From a virus (lineage: Duplodnaviria > Heunggongvirae > Uroviricota > Caudoviricetes): a DNA stretch of 64,000 bases. The notes beneath the pieces were generated by a model. The model did no database searches. It was not told where the DNA came from and saw only the letters and a list, made by a program, of their open reading frames with translations. The first letter of the stretch is position 1, and each line of letters opens with the position of its first letter. Location of the stretch: the IMG/VR virus record IMGVR_UViG_3300006145_000003, one strand, 5' to 3'. Both the position numbers and the translations under genes were made by a program. Below, one piece after another: positions 1-10,415 of the stretch.

Positions 1-77
1 TTAGGGGTGCAAGGCAAGCCCAGCGCCGCCCAGCCCGCCGGGGTGACCCCCCTTTGCGGTTAGGGGTGCAAGGCAAG
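1..77. repeat. Two direct copies of ttaggggtgcaaggcaag (1-18 and 60-77) in a GC-rich tract at the window edge; followed by hairpin agggcttttcgtaaaagccct (88-110)
   Basis: Exact 18-bp direct repeat read from sequence; local GC much higher than rest of window. Confidence 0.5.
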
Positions 78-770
78 AAACGTTTTCTAAAGGGCTTTTC
101 GTAAAAGCCCTATTTCCATCGGCCTGACCTAATGGGCCGTAGTCGTGTCCGAGTTACGGCGGATTTCCGTAATGCCAAAAGGCGGGCTATAACAGCCGCA
201 GTCCATCTGATGTTTAGATGGGCGGGTGTGGGAGCAATACCCACTAATCCGGACCTTCAGCAAATCCGGTATGTTCTAAAGCGACCTTTACGCTATATCA
301 AAGGTTCACCAATAAACTTGGTCGTCGCCGGTGCGTGGGAAATAAGCCCACGGTTCGAGATTGTGAAAATCCCCGGAGGTTTGCGCCTATGAACCTAAGC
401 GCGGCTTGCGTAACGGATGGCTATACAAGAAAAGCCATTGAGGGCAAGTAGTATCGTCCAAGTTTTCCACCCTAGGGTGTTATGCTCCGAGGAGCTGAAA
501 AGGCGGGCAATAGATATGAAAGTCTAATTTGGTCTAGTATTGCGAAATGAACGGAACTATCCCTGATGGTGTGAGTATCAGAAATGGTGCGACCATCGAG
601 AGATACTGCAAAGTTGGTAGATGGGACATTGTGTCCCCATCACTTCAAGTGCAGAGCCGATGCACACTTGATGGGTTTATCATTGATAGAGCTGCCGGGG
701 TTTTCTCCGGCGGTTCCAATGAGTGATAAAACCGCTCAACCAAAAAACCTTTAATAAGGAGGAACTACAA

Positions 771-1547
771 ATGACAATTGAAGAAATCACCGCAAAGGTG
801 CAGGAGCGTATACCCAGTGCGGAAATGGTCCAGATACGGTCCGGGGTTGATGCCCTCGTCCGTGATTACAATGAGGCCATTCAGACCGGGAACTATGAAG
901 CGGCTACCAAGGCCGATACGTCCATGGGCGAGAAGGTCAATGACTACACCGCCGCCGCTCGCGATATCTACTTTGATATCTGCAAGGAAAGTGACAGCCC
1001 TATGCTCACCGCCGTAACTATCCTGTCCTTTACAACTCTTGGGATAAAGGACGAGAAAAAGGGTGATGACAAAGTTCCGGTCCGCACAGTTGTCGATAAG
1101 GAGCGGGCAATCGACCTACAGAAACTGCATAAGTACTGCGGCGGAATCGGGGCTGATGAGAATTGGTCCCATATCGCCCAGAAAATGAACTTCCTGCTGA
1201 CCGCCCAAAAGGCCGTTGACCTTGGCCTTGACCCGAAAGCTGTCAATGACAGTTACGCAATGAGCGAAATTGCCCGCGAGTTCAATATGGGCAAAAATCC
1301 CACGAGTAAGACCAATCTCCTGCGAACTTTGCAGGCAGTTATCACAGCTATGTTGGGTGATGGCTATAAGGCCACTTCCCACGATGTCAACTTCCTGCTG
1401 TCTGTGTACTCCAAGAAGAACCGCAAGGCGCTGGTGGTATCCTGTGCAAATCACCGCAACTTCCGGAACTACCTGGCCGAAATCTGCCACCGCATCGTAA
1501 CCGGAAAGTCTTATGAACTGGACTACAAGACCAAAAAGGACGCCTAA
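771..1547 (+). CDS. hypothetical protein
   Basis: ORF with strong RBS aaggagg 10 nt upstream of ATG 771; no recognisable motif. Confidence 0.6.
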   Translation: MTIEEITAKVQERIPSAEMVQIRSGVDALVRDYNEAIQTGNYEAATKADTSMGEKVNDYTAAARDIYFDICKESDSPMLTAVTILSFTTLGIKDEKKGDDKVPVRTVVDKERAIDLQKLHKYCGGIGADENWSHIAQKMNFLLTAQKAVDLGLDPKAVNDSYAMSEIAREFNMGKNPTSKTNLLRTLQAVITAMLGDGYKATSHDVNFLLSVYSKKNRKALVVSCANHRNFRNYLAEICHRIVTGKSYELDYKTKKDA

Positions 1548-1684
1548 TGGGCGTGAGTTGGGGGTTTTCTATAAGCCGCACTGATGAGCCGTAATGGCGG
1601 CGAAACGGTGGTCTGATGGCCACCGTCTGCGGATTCCGCAAGCTAATTCTCATGGCTTAGTAAGTGACAAGAGGGGGTTAGTGC

Positions 1685-2431
1685 ATGGTGGGTTATTTGG
1701 CATCGCTTATCATATATGGTATGGGTTGTGTGATAAGTGCTATGCCAGGAGAGGTCGCGAACATTCCGTCAATAGGCTTTCCATCCGCTGTGGTAGCACA
1801 AGAGTTGATGGAACATAATGAAGTTTCTATCAACACTTATGGCACGGACCTGGAGTTTAAGAAAAACCTGTTGGCTGAGATTCAAGCGTATGTTGATGCA
1901 GTTTCCGTTACATCAACTACCCCAAAGGTAAAAGGTTCTGTTGTCAATGGTGGAGGGCAAAACGAGAAAGCACAGTTTTCGCTAATCTTTTACGACACGG
2001 AGTTTAGTGAAATTGAGCTAGAAGCCTTGTCCTCAAAAGCTGGCAGCACAGAAGACTCAATCAATGAGTTTTTGTGTGAATCTCTTACTTATGCTGACAT
2101 TGGTGGAAGTAAGATAAGCTTGGAATCTTCTCCGGCAACGGCTAAAGGGTCTATAGAAAATGGCGAGGCAGTTTGTGAGGGATATGCAAATGCTTTCTCT
2201 GTTTTGGCAGAGTACGCCGGGATTAAATCGGTCAAAGTTCGCGGCTATACGGGAGATATTCCCCATGTCGTGAATGTGATAGACGGGGGTTTTGTGGTTG
2301 ATGTTACTTGGAACGATAAGTCAGAAAACAGATATTTTATGGTACCGCTGAGCGAGTATTGTGAGATGACTGGATTTGTTCCAATAGTTGATTATGAAAC
2401 CGCCTTTTTTCTAAAGTATGGAATAGTTTAA
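1685..2431 (+). CDS. transglutaminase-like cysteine protease domain protein with N-terminal hydrophobic segment
   Basis: Cys (CEGYANAF), His (PHVVNV), Asp (DVTWND) spacing typical of transglutaminase-like core; RBS gagggggt. Confidence 0.5.
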   Translation: MVGYLASLIIYGMGCVISAMPGEVANIPSIGFPSAVVAQELMEHNEVSINTYGTDLEFKKNLLAEIQAYVDAVSVTSTTPKVKGSVVNGGGQNEKAQFSLIFYDTEFSEIELEALSSKAGSTEDSINEFLCESLTYADIGGSKISLESSPATAKGSIENGEAVCEGYANAFSVLAEYAGIKSVKVRGYTGDIPHVVNVIDGGFVVDVTWNDKSENRYFMVPLSEYCEMTGFVPIVDYETAFFLKYGIV

Positions 2432-2686
2432 GGGAGTTGATAATCTTGAAATTTGGGGCATGGATTTTTACATATAGCGAAGTTAGCGATGTTGTGAAGT
2501 TTCGCTCCATCTTTTCGGATTCTCCTGCAAGTTTGAAACGCAAGCAGGAAGATGTAGTGACAGAACTGATTGGTGATGAAGCCAATTCGTTCTGGAGTTC
2601 TTACCCGACTAATCGTGGTAGCTTTCAAAATGCTTCTGCTGATTTTAGAAACCAAGTAATGTGTTACAAAGAAAGGAGTCCACGCT

Positions 2687-2878
2687 ATGCCATTTAATGT
2701 TTTTCAGAAAAAAGTAAGAGGTCTTGCGAAAAGGACAGGTTCACGGGTGAGCTTTCTACATGAAAATGGGAAACACATTGCCCGGTGTTCCGATGGCGTA
2801 ACGATTATTGGTAATACTTCCTGCCAGCAAGTAATGGTAAAGTGGGGAAGCGGGCATAAAGCGCTTGCCACGATTTGA
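2687..2878 (+). CDS. small hypothetical protein
   Basis: ORF with strong RBS aaaggag. Confidence 0.5.
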   Translation: MPFNVFQKKVRGLAKRTGSRVSFLHENGKHIARCSDGVTIIGNTSCQQVMVKWGSGHKALATI

Positions 2879-3300
2879 TTCCCTGATACATATAACCGTC
2901 CTGATGAGTCTTTGAAAATTAAGACGAAACCGCCTTGCGGCGGTCGGCGGGTTGAGAGGGCGCGGGATAAAATAGAAATACTTAGCGCCGTTCCGCCAGA
3001 ATTCTTTGCAAGCTTTTGCACATTATCTCTGCTGTTCAGAATAAAAGAGTGTGGAACCGAGAATCGAAGCGCTTGGTTCCAAGCTCTATAATTCTGAAAG
3101 GCTTCGCAGCGTAGATTATGCAGCAAGGTTTTGCAATGCTCTGCCGGAGAGTATTTACCGGATTAGTTGTCAGAGTTATTTAATTTAATTTATTAGATTT
3201 TCTATAGTTGAATTAAAAAGAATTGAGGCAGGCTGGACGCGACGGTTCCTGTGGCTCTGACGATGAAATTGCACACAGATTGCTGTTGCTACCCAGTAGC

Positions 3301-3360
3301 CCTCGTAATGCGGCTCGGTTTTCCGAACAGTCACAAGCCTGTGTAAACGCAGAGTGCGAG
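3301..3360 (+). repeat. Copy 1 of ~60-bp intergenic element CCT(c)GTAATGCGGCT...ACAGTCACAAGCC.GTG.AAACGCAGAGTG
   Basis: Three near-identical copies (3301, 3419, 3935) plus shorter CCTGTAATGC-initiated relatives at 8182 and 15538. Confidence 0.6.
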
Positions 3361-3418
3361 TTATGAGTATAAGCGTTCCTCCTAAAAATATGTCCCAGGG
3401 GCGATGCAATAGCATCGC

Positions 3419-3480
3419 CTGTAATGCGGCTCAGCAGTTTTGTTGAACGGTCACAAGCCCGTGGAAACGCAGAGTGAAAA
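3419..3480 (+). repeat. Copy 2 of the CCTGTAATGCGGCT element, immediately upstream of RBS/ATG 3500
   Basis: Sequence identity with copies 1 and 3. Confidence 0.6.
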
Positions 3481-3499
3481 ATATATCAGGAGGTATAAC

Positions 3500-3625
3500 A
3501 TGGAGAGCAAAAAGGCTGAGGTCTGCAAGGATTGCAAGAACTATGACCGCCGCACTAAGAAGTGTGTTGCCACTGGTAAGTATACTGCCAGAAAGCAGCA
3601 CTGCGGCAAGTTCGCTTCCAAGTAA
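3500..3625 (+). CDS. small Cys-rich (zinc-ribbon-like) protein
   Basis: CxxC...CxxxxxxxxxxC; RBS aggaggt; follows repeat copy 2. Confidence 0.55.
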   Translation: MESKKAEVCKDCKNYDRRTKKCVATGKYTARKQHCGKFASK

Positions 3626-3662
3626 GGTTCGTCCAGTATAAAAAACATATGGAGGTTTTACT

Positions 3663-3881
3663 ATGAAGACATTCGCATCTTTCGCAGAACTTGGTGCAGC
3701 GCTGAACATTCGTCGCAAGCGTGAAGAAGATAAGCCGGTTTCCAAAAAGTGCTTCAAATGTGGCGGTGATATGGTGCAGATTCCCGGCACCAATGTATTC
3801 GCCTGCTTGGGCAACGGAAACAAGCCTTGCGACGAAAAGGATAAGGAACGGGTTCACTATGCGCTCCAGCGGGCTAGATAA
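3663..3881 (+). CDS. small zinc-finger-like protein
   Basis: CFKCGG...C...C pattern; RBS tggaggt. Confidence 0.55.
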   Translation: MKTFASFAELGAALNIRRKREEDKPVSKKCFKCGGDMVQIPGTNVFACLGNGNKPCDEKDKERVHYALQRAR

Positions 3882-3934
3882 CATCGCAATTTTGGCGTTT
3901 TTCCTTTCTTTGCTGTGGCGGCGCAACCGCGCCG

Positions 3935-3995
3935 CCTGTAATGCGGCTTACCAAGTTTGGCAAACGGTCACAAGCCCGTGGAAATGCAGAGTGAA
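3935..3995 (+). repeat. Copy 3 of the CCTGTAATGCGGCT element, upstream of gene 4017
   Basis: Sequence identity with copies 1 and 2. Confidence 0.6.
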
Positions 3996-4016
3996 TAAAA
4001 CGGCAAGGAGATTATC

Positions 4017-4289
4017 ATGTGGTCTAAATCCTGCGAGTATTTCAATCCCTATCTTGAACTTAGAAAGGCTGAGTTCATCCGCGAGTCCAAAGGCAAGCGT
4101 TTAAGTCTGAGTAAAACCATGATGGTTCAAAAGCTCATTGGGTTTGCCTTGTTGTTAATCTCTGTTGTTGCAGCTATCATGGTTTCAAATGGCAGGACGG
4201 TTGAAGATAGAGATGCAACGGGCGCTGTTTTTGTAGCCCTCATTGGATTGTACCTTTTGTTTACAAAAGAACATTGCATTGACATTTAG
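4017..4289 (+). CDS. small membrane protein
   Basis: RBS aaggag; long hydrophobic stretch LIGFALLLISVVAAIMV. Confidence 0.55.
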   Translation: MWSKSCEYFNPYLELRKAEFIRESKGKRLSLSKTMMVQKLIGFALLLISVVAAIMVSNGRTVEDRDATGAVFVALIGLYLLFTKEHCIDI

Positions 4290-4298
4290 TAGGGAGGA

Positions 4299-4703
4299 AT
4301 GAGCGTGCAAGCTATCAAACTTTCTCCAAAGCATGGAGTGAATCCAACAATCCCCATCTGTTTTTGGTGTGGGGATGAGCGCAACGAAGTTGCGCTGATG
4401 GGGCGTATTGGTGACGGAAGAAAAGGGGAGGAATATGGAGCCCCGCACCACATGGTAGTGGACTATGAACCGTGCGACAGATGCAAAGCTGCAATGGAGA
4501 GCGGCTTCACAGTTCTGGAAGTGACTGAGAGCCCTAACGAGAATTCCTCGGTTGAGATACAAGACGGGATTTATCCCACTGGCCGGTTCGTTGTCTTGAC
4601 CAAGGGCGCGGCAGAAAGGATATTCCGTGGTGTTGCTGAAAAAAACACCAAGGTGTTTATGAACTCAGAAATCTTTTCCAAGATGGTGGAAAAGATTCAG
4701 TAA
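4299..4703 (+). CDS. hypothetical protein (start ATG 4299 or GTG 4305)
   Basis: ORF after RBS agggagg. Confidence 0.5.
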   Translation: MSVQAIKLSPKHGVNPTIPICFWCGDERNEVALMGRIGDGRKGEEYGAPHHMVVDYEPCDRCKAAMESGFTVLEVTESPNENSSVEIQDGIYPTGRFVVLTKGAAERIFRGVAEKNTKVFMNSEIFSKMVEKIQ

Positions 4704-5021
4704 GGAGCGAGGTTCGATGGCTTTTAGGCCGGGTACGGTACGATTCCGTAGGGCGGCTTGCCGCCTAACGCTTAGACCCCACATCAGCGATGGTAAGTGA
4801 GGACGGCCATCCAAAATCTGAAAGCTGGTCTGGGGCGTGCAGACTACGTAAGTGTTCTGGACAGGGGACTGGTCACAATGTGTTCAAGTGTAGGAAGTGC
4901 TGCCTATGCGTGGGAAACAGTGACACTGTCACTACATAGAAAAGTGCATCCTTTGGAAGTGGGAGATAAAGGTATGAACGGAGTCATGACCGGAATAACC
5001 CGAGGTTAAACTTCCTCCCAT

Positions 5022-5098
5022 GGCCCCTTGGTCAAGCTGGTCAAGACACCACCCTTTCACGGTGGTATCGGCGGGTTCGAATCCCCCAGGGGTCACCA
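5022..5098 (+). tRNA. tRNA-Glu (anticodon TTC), CCA encoded
   Basis: Manual cloverleaf: acceptor GGCCCCT/AGGGGTC (one G-U), anticodon stem CCACC/GGTGG with loop CTTTCAC, T-loop GGTTCGAATCC. Confidence 0.8.
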
Positions 5099-5284
5099 TC
5101 AAATTCTAGTTTTCTACAAGGAGGTTTTTATATGGGTCTTCCATATAGACGAACTACGTGGTCTTGAGCAATCATCCCGCCCAAAATGATGCTCCGTCCT
5201 TCCTGCCTTGCGGCACGATATCGCGAGTCGTGTGTCAGCAGTAAATCTACTTACACTAAGGGTATGGAGGATGTAATTATCAAT

Positions 5285-5371
5285 GCTGGTGTGACGGAAC
5301 TGGCAGACGGAACAGACTTAAAATCTGTTGCTAGAAATAGCGTGTGGGTTCAACTCCCATCACCAGCACCA
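5285..5371 (+). tRNA. tRNA-Leu (anticodon TAA), long variable arm, CCA encoded
   Basis: Acceptor GCTGGTG/CACCAGC; anticodon loop CTTAAAA; T-loop GGTTCAACTCC. Confidence 0.8.
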
Positions 5372-5373
5372 TA

Positions 5374-5466
5374 TGCAGATGTGTCCGAGTGGCTTAAGGA
5401 GCTTGTCTTGAAAACAAGTGAGTCGTGATGAGCGGCCCGTGGGTTCAAATCCTACCATCTGCGCCA
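5374..5466 (+). tRNA. tRNA-Ser (anticodon TGA), long variable arm, CCA encoded
   Basis: Acceptor GCAGATG/CATCTGC; anticodon loop CTTGAAA; T-loop GGTTCAAATCC. Confidence 0.8.
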
Positions 5467-5818
5467 TTCGCTGTTGGGAGTAACATCTCCTCATGTACTG
5501 TGCGTAAAGCAGTACACACACCTTAGGACTGGCATTTGCTGCTAAGAGGGGTCTTTAGCCCGACGAGGGCACGGCGCATAGCGTCAAACTGCTTGCAAGC
5601 ATCAGTGTCGGTGAAATTCCGACTACACTTTGCAAGATGTTCAGTGGATTAGCTTGCCTTGCTCGAATGGGAGGCAAGTTCTTGCAAAGGGAGGCGCTCC
5701 AAGATGAGCGATGGCTAAGGGCTGATGTCTGAGTCAGCACTTGTTCAGTCAAGGCTCCAGTAACTTAGAAGGGTACAACAAACCCTTACGGACCTTGTGG
5801 TTTCGCAAGGCCAACCGT

Positions 5819-5892
5819 GCCCAAGTAGCTCAATCGGAAGAGCACTCGGAGGTATTCCGGAGAAGATTCAGGTTCGAGTCCTGACAGGGAAA
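5819..5892 (+). ncRNA. degenerate tRNA-like element (good D-, anticodon- and T-arms; acceptor stem does not pair)
   Basis: GTAGCTCAATCGGAAGAGC D-arm and TCAGGTTCGAGTCCTGA T-arm are canonical, but 5' GCCCAAG does not pair with 3' CAGGGAA. Confidence 0.3.
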
Positions 5893-6200
5893 TCCTTTTA
5901 AAATCTGACACTTGGAGGGTGCTTAAAATGATTATTAGTAACTTCATCATGTGTAGGTAGGGTTGCACGGTGAGCCCGCCCCGAAAACCGTGCCCGTTAT
6001 GATAGGAAACAAAGGCTGATATTCGCAGTTGGCTGGAGTTTTCATCATAATGCGAATGTAGATTATTTTATAATACGGCTTAGTTTTCTTCTAATTCGGT
6101 GGCTTTTGGCATAGTGAGATGACGGTGTATCCGCCGCCCAAGTTAGCCAAGCGCTGAAGTTCGCGATATAATTGATGCGAACAATTATGTCGCACTATTT

Positions 6201-6276
<76 letters not shown>

Positions 6277-6404
6277 CGGCAGTAAATGCATCTTACAATA
6301 AATCTACAAGCTGTTGCAAGATGTAACCCACCAGGCACCGTACCTAACCTGGGAAATCAAAACCGGTAGAGGTATGACGATAAAACCCGTCAGCCTCGAA
6401 ATAT

Positions 6405-6480
6405 GAACCATTAGCGCAGCGGTGAGAGCAACCGGCTCATAACCGGTAGGTCGTAGGTTCGATTCCTACATGGTTCACCA
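6405..6480 (+). tRNA. tRNA-Met/Ile2 (anticodon CAT), CCA encoded
   Basis: Acceptor GAACCAT/ATGGTTC; anticodon stem ACCGG/CCGGT with loop CTCATAA. Confidence 0.8.
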
Positions 6481-6508
6481 AAATATTTAAGAAAGAGGTT
6501 GTGTTTGT

Positions 6509-6955
6509 ATGCGGAGATGTATACTACTTGTTGCTGCGATGGCGGCAATGCTGATGACAACGATGGGTTTTGTCCCTGCTCATGCCAGCATGGATAGCGC
6601 ACTTCTTGTCTGTAAGAGTGATTATGAATCAATCGAGCACGCACTTGTCGACCTGTTGGATGCCGCCGGGAATAAGGAAATCGTTGTCTATGATTCCAGT
6701 GAACTAAGTGCAGAAATTTTGGAGAACAGACTTGGGCAGACAGTTGTTGAAAGATGCATCGGTATTGTAAAAGATGTGGATACTGGCGAGGGTATATTGC
6801 TTAACACCGAGGACCCAAATTTCAATTTCATAAGTTATCGCGGTATTTATCGCCCTATCAGAAACGGTAGCATCGTATTATCTTACATGGTGTATTCGGC
6901 GTGCAATAATAGTGTGGACGACATTGTAGAACGATATGATTTTGTTGTTGAGTAA
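6509..6955 (+). CDS. secreted hypothetical protein (signal peptide)
   Basis: N-terminal MRRCILLVAAMAAMLMTTMGFVPAHA signal-like; RBS aagaggt. Confidence 0.55.
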   Translation: MRRCILLVAAMAAMLMTTMGFVPAHASMDSALLVCKSDYESIEHALVDLLDAAGNKEIVVYDSSELSAEILENRLGQTVVERCIGIVKDVDTGEGILLNTEDPNFNFISYRGIYRPIRNGSIVLSYMVYSACNNSVDDIVERYDFVVE

Positions 6956-7057
6956 GATTGCATGAACTGGGTGCGAAATTTTGTTTTGTGTATGGCAGTT
7001 CCGTATGTATCATTATTTCTTATATATAAGCTCTTAAGCGAATTCATTAGCGAAAAG

Positions 7058-7240
7058 CTATTTCTTTTCTAGTTGCTCAGCAGTCAGTCCAAGAAATTTG
7101 AATGGTAATGCTACAAATTTCATCAGACCCTCAGCACCTTGTCCGATTTGTTTCATAGCTGGGCTAGCTACATCTTTGTAAAGGTTAGTAGCTAATTTAC
7201 TGTCAGCGATGTCTATAATATCTTTAGTCTCCATACCCAA
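7058..7240 (-). CDS. small hypothetical protein (only minus-strand gene in this stretch)
   Basis: Reverse-strand RBS aggggg upstream of ATG; no competing + ORF. Confidence 0.4.
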   Translation of the reverse strand: MGMETKDIIDIADSKLATNLYKDVASPAMKQIGQGAEGLMKFVALPFKFLGLTAEQLEKK

Positions 7241-7484
7241 CCCCCTGCAAATAAATATTTCAAATTAAGATTACTCCATCTATCTTGATTTGTCAAGATA
7301 GATGGCTCAATATCTTCTGATATCATAGAACATAATATTACTCTTCTATGAGAGAAAGGCGGCATATGTACGAAATTAAGAGAGTCAGAGAACACGTTGA
7401 AGTGTATCTTGATGGAGAGTTTCTCTTTTCTGCGGATACAGAGCAAGAAGCACAACACGAAATCGAAATGATAAGGAGAGCATT

Positions 7485-7763
7485 ATGACAAAAACAAAAG
7501 AAATGCTGGCCGTTTCTTTGGCCGGCGAGACGGGTATGACCAAAGTGGACGCAGCTAATACGGTAGATGCAGTTTTTGACATCATCACGCGCATGTTGTC
7601 TAATGGAGACAAGCTCCAGATTGTGGGATTCGGTACGTTCGAAATCAAAGAACGTGCAGCTCGTGTCGGAAGGAACCCAAGAACAAATGAACAGCTGGAG
7701 ATTCCAGCTCGAAGAGTTCCTACTTTTAAGCCCGGAAAAGTGCTCAAGGATTCTATCGCATAA
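7485..7763 (+). CDS. hup: HU/IHF-family histone-like DNA-binding protein
   Basis: GFGTFEIKERAARVGRNPRTNEQLEIPARRVPTFKPGKVLKD is canonical HU arm; RBS aaggagag. Confidence 0.9.
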   Translation: MTKTKEMLAVSLAGETGMTKVDAANTVDAVFDIITRMLSNGDKLQIVGFGTFEIKERAARVGRNPRTNEQLEIPARRVPTFKPGKVLKDSIA

Positions 7764-8470
7764 GATAGGTTCCAAAATCAAAACTCAAAGTTAAAGGAGA
7801 CACGGTATGACAAAAGAAGATTTATGGTTTGTAGGGTGTGTATGTTACCGCAGGGTGTTCCACTTGGCTGGGCGGTAGCGAATTACATTTTTTCGATTGG
7901 GTTCCGCCCCACTGTGCGGACATGAGAGGGAAAAATATGGCTTATAATGCACGAGACCAGCCCCAAGTTGACTCCTTGTCTTATGGCAGATAGGCGAGGG
8001 GTCTAATAGAGTCTGCTATTCATGATAATTATTCTTTAGCTTACATAGCGCTGCTGCCTGATAATCTAATTGGAGGAGTTTGCATGTGGGTGTCTTGCAG
8101 CAGTGCTTCATATGGGGATGTCGCTGATTTAGGGCGCAAAAGTGGTGCAACTCCAAGCATCCTCACTGGATAGTTCTATCCCTGTAATGCAATAACCGTT
8201 AATGCGGTGCTTATCGCCATAGGCATAAGTAACACATGGCTGGACAAGGAAGCCGGGCACGGGATACCTGAAGACTGCAGCCTGGCCACCCCAATACCGA
8301 CGACATCGCATCTCGAACTCACAAACCCGCGTCATCGGACAATGGGGCCCAATGACCAGCCCGAAGCTCCAGGCTGCAGACCGAGTCAGATGAGCATCCG
8401 ACGGCAGCGCCGAGGCTAAAATCAATCCTATGTAGATTATAGGGGTAAAGCATTTTGGAGGTGGTTACAA

Positions 8471-9061
8471 ATGGCTGTGAAGATTTATGTCGAGCCAGAT
8501 GATACCTGGGATTTCTTCGACGATAATCTGTACCGGCTAAAAGAGGAAATGGTTCTTATAGCAGAAAATGAGGAAACAGAATATTCAGTGTTCATTACTG
8601 AGAATAATGGGAATCCGCTATTTTCTGTTTGCAAAGGAGATGCAGCTCCTGAGTATGAGGCTGAATCATCTGATGAAATAGATTGTGTAAATACAGCCGA
8701 GGTATTGTACATGCAGTACCTATATCCAGTCGTCGTTGTTGATGGTCACTCGATTCAACTGGACGATATTGACGATGAATCTGCAACACGGAGGCAGGAG
8801 CTGGAAGATGGACAATACGAACGGGAAGACGAGCTTACGATGGCACTTTGCGAATTCCTTGAGATTGTATTACAAGGAGATTTTTGCTTTGAAGAATCGT
8901 GCGACTTGAAAATGGTTGAAGATACTTTGGACTATATTTTGAAATATCTTACAAAAAACTGGAATTTTTCGATATACCGCCCAATGTTTATAGACGACGG
9001 AAACGGTGGAGAGGTATATAGCGAGTTTCCATATGACGAGTTCAATTTTTCGGAGGAGTGA
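8471..9061 (+). CDS. acidic hypothetical protein
   Basis: ORF with RBS ggaggtgg; D/E-rich. Confidence 0.5.
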   Translation: MAVKIYVEPDDTWDFFDDNLYRLKEEMVLIAENEETEYSVFITENNGNPLFSVCKGDAAPEYEAESSDEIDCVNTAEVLYMQYLYPVVVVDGHSIQLDDIDDESATRRQELEDGQYEREDELTMALCEFLEIVLQGDFCFEESCDLKMVEDTLDYILKYLTKNWNFSIYRPMFIDDGNGGEVYSEFPYDEFNFSEE

Positions 9062-9066
9062 AGTTT

Positions 9067-9726
9067 ATGCCCAGATGTTTAGACGATATGCCCTGGCGCT
9101 CCTTAAAGGGTTTAGGAAATTTAGCACCTAAGCTACTTCACGTTGGTGATTTCAAAAATGAACAACTAAAAAACGGAGTGGATGTCCAATTTAGATTGAT
9201 TGGACTAAATCATGATGTAACTGAGAACGGTATCATTCTTCCCATGACTTGGGAAATGATTGAGTGCTTGCCCGAGAGGTATAGGTGGAACAACAACGAC
9301 ACGACGCGCGGTTCCTGGGCTGGAACCAAACTGTGCCAGAGTATGAATAACCCAGACGGGGAAATATACCAGCTCCTTCCAGACGAGATTGTTTCACTGG
9401 CTGAACCTGTGGTGAAACTCACTGCTAATACATACGACGGCTCAAACAGTATTATCGAATCAGTTCATAAGTTCTGGATAAAGTCTGAAAAGGAAACATA
9501 CGGCAGATGCTTTTACTCTGCTCCTGGCGAGGGTAAGTGGTATGAATACTATCGCCAAGAGGATGTTCCGTGGAGTAAGAAACGTAATGGAGCAGAAGAG
9601 AACTGTTCACTACGGTCGCCGTGTGAAGGGAGTGATTACTCCTTCTGCAGTGTGTACACGGACGGCACCGCGAACGGCAGCAACGCCAGGTATTCCATTG
9701 GCGTGGCCCCGGCTTTCAGTTTCTAA
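9067..9726 (+). CDS. hypothetical protein
   Basis: RBS ggaggag then ATG 9067 (GTG 9058 alternative). Confidence 0.5.
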   Translation: MPRCLDDMPWRSLKGLGNLAPKLLHVGDFKNEQLKNGVDVQFRLIGLNHDVTENGIILPMTWEMIECLPERYRWNNNDTTRGSWAGTKLCQSMNNPDGEIYQLLPDEIVSLAEPVVKLTANTYDGSNSIIESVHKFWIKSEKETYGRCFYSAPGEGKWYEYYRQEDVPWSKKRNGAEENCSLRSPCEGSDYSFCSVYTDGTANGSNARYSIGVAPAFSF

Positions 9727-9912
9727 TCTGCTATATCAAAAGAGTCTGCACCACGCAAGTGGTGCAAGAGCAAACAAATATAGTAATCCGCCGGTCGATA
9801 ATGACCGGCGGGAATTTATGCCCACAATGGCTCCAACCTCCTCGTGGTGTGGGTGGAAAGTCGAAAGACGAACCGATTGGAGTACATTATTATAATTAAA
9901 GGAGTTTTTACT

Positions 9913-10314
9913 ATGGCAAAAATCGTAATCGCGGGGGACGCAGCTGTTATCACTTCTAGCGCTAAGCTGGAGGACATCAAGACGCTGGAGAAGTACCGGC
10001 CCAAGGCGCTGACCCTGACCGAGACCAATGACGACGGCAAGAAAGAGGTTGCCTTCCGCGTCGGTACCACTGCTGGCGCTGGTGACATCAGCAAGTTCGG
10101 AATTTCCTTTGGCAGTGCATCTCATGACGAAAACAAGCTGGCCACTCTCACCATCGGAATCCCCAGCAATGTTGAGGATGCGAAAGAGTATGCGGCCGAG
10201 CACTTCGGTTATGCCGTTATGCTGCTGAACCAGGTCGAGGCTGGGTTTGAGGAAGCGCTGGCGGATGTTAAGACCGAAAAGGAAAAGGTCATGAGCAATA
10301 TCTCCCTGGCGTAA
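9913..10314 (+). CDS. hypothetical protein
   Basis: Strong RBS aaaggag; ORF list start 9844 judged too early. Confidence 0.6.
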   Translation: MAKIVIAGDAAVITSSAKLEDIKTLEKYRPKALTLTETNDDGKKEVAFRVGTTAGAGDISKFGISFGSASHDENKLATLTIGIPSNVEDAKEYAAEHFGYAVMLLNQVEAGFEEALADVKTEKEKVMSNISLA

Positions 10315-10415
10315 TCAACAAACGCAAACGAAACAACGTGTGTTTGGGGCGGCAGTGAGTCGCCCCTCAAATCTTTGAAATCAAAAAAATTCATTTATAA
10401 AAGGAGTATTCTACT

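Noticed and set aside
132-392. 86-aa ORF in the first 400 bp
   Set aside because: Arg/Ala-rich, no RBS, lies in a GC-rich terminal tract; also tested 120-770 mentally for tmRNA or RNase P signatures (GGGG…ACCA ends, GGAAAGTCCGG) and found none
5186-5428. 80-aa ORF spanning tRNA-Leu and tRNA-Ser
   Set aside because: Overlaps two well-folded tRNA genes
7338-7781. Minus-strand ORFs of 147 and 120 aa overlapping hup
   Set aside because: They overlap a high-confidence HU gene on the opposite strand, have no RBS and a low-complexity composition
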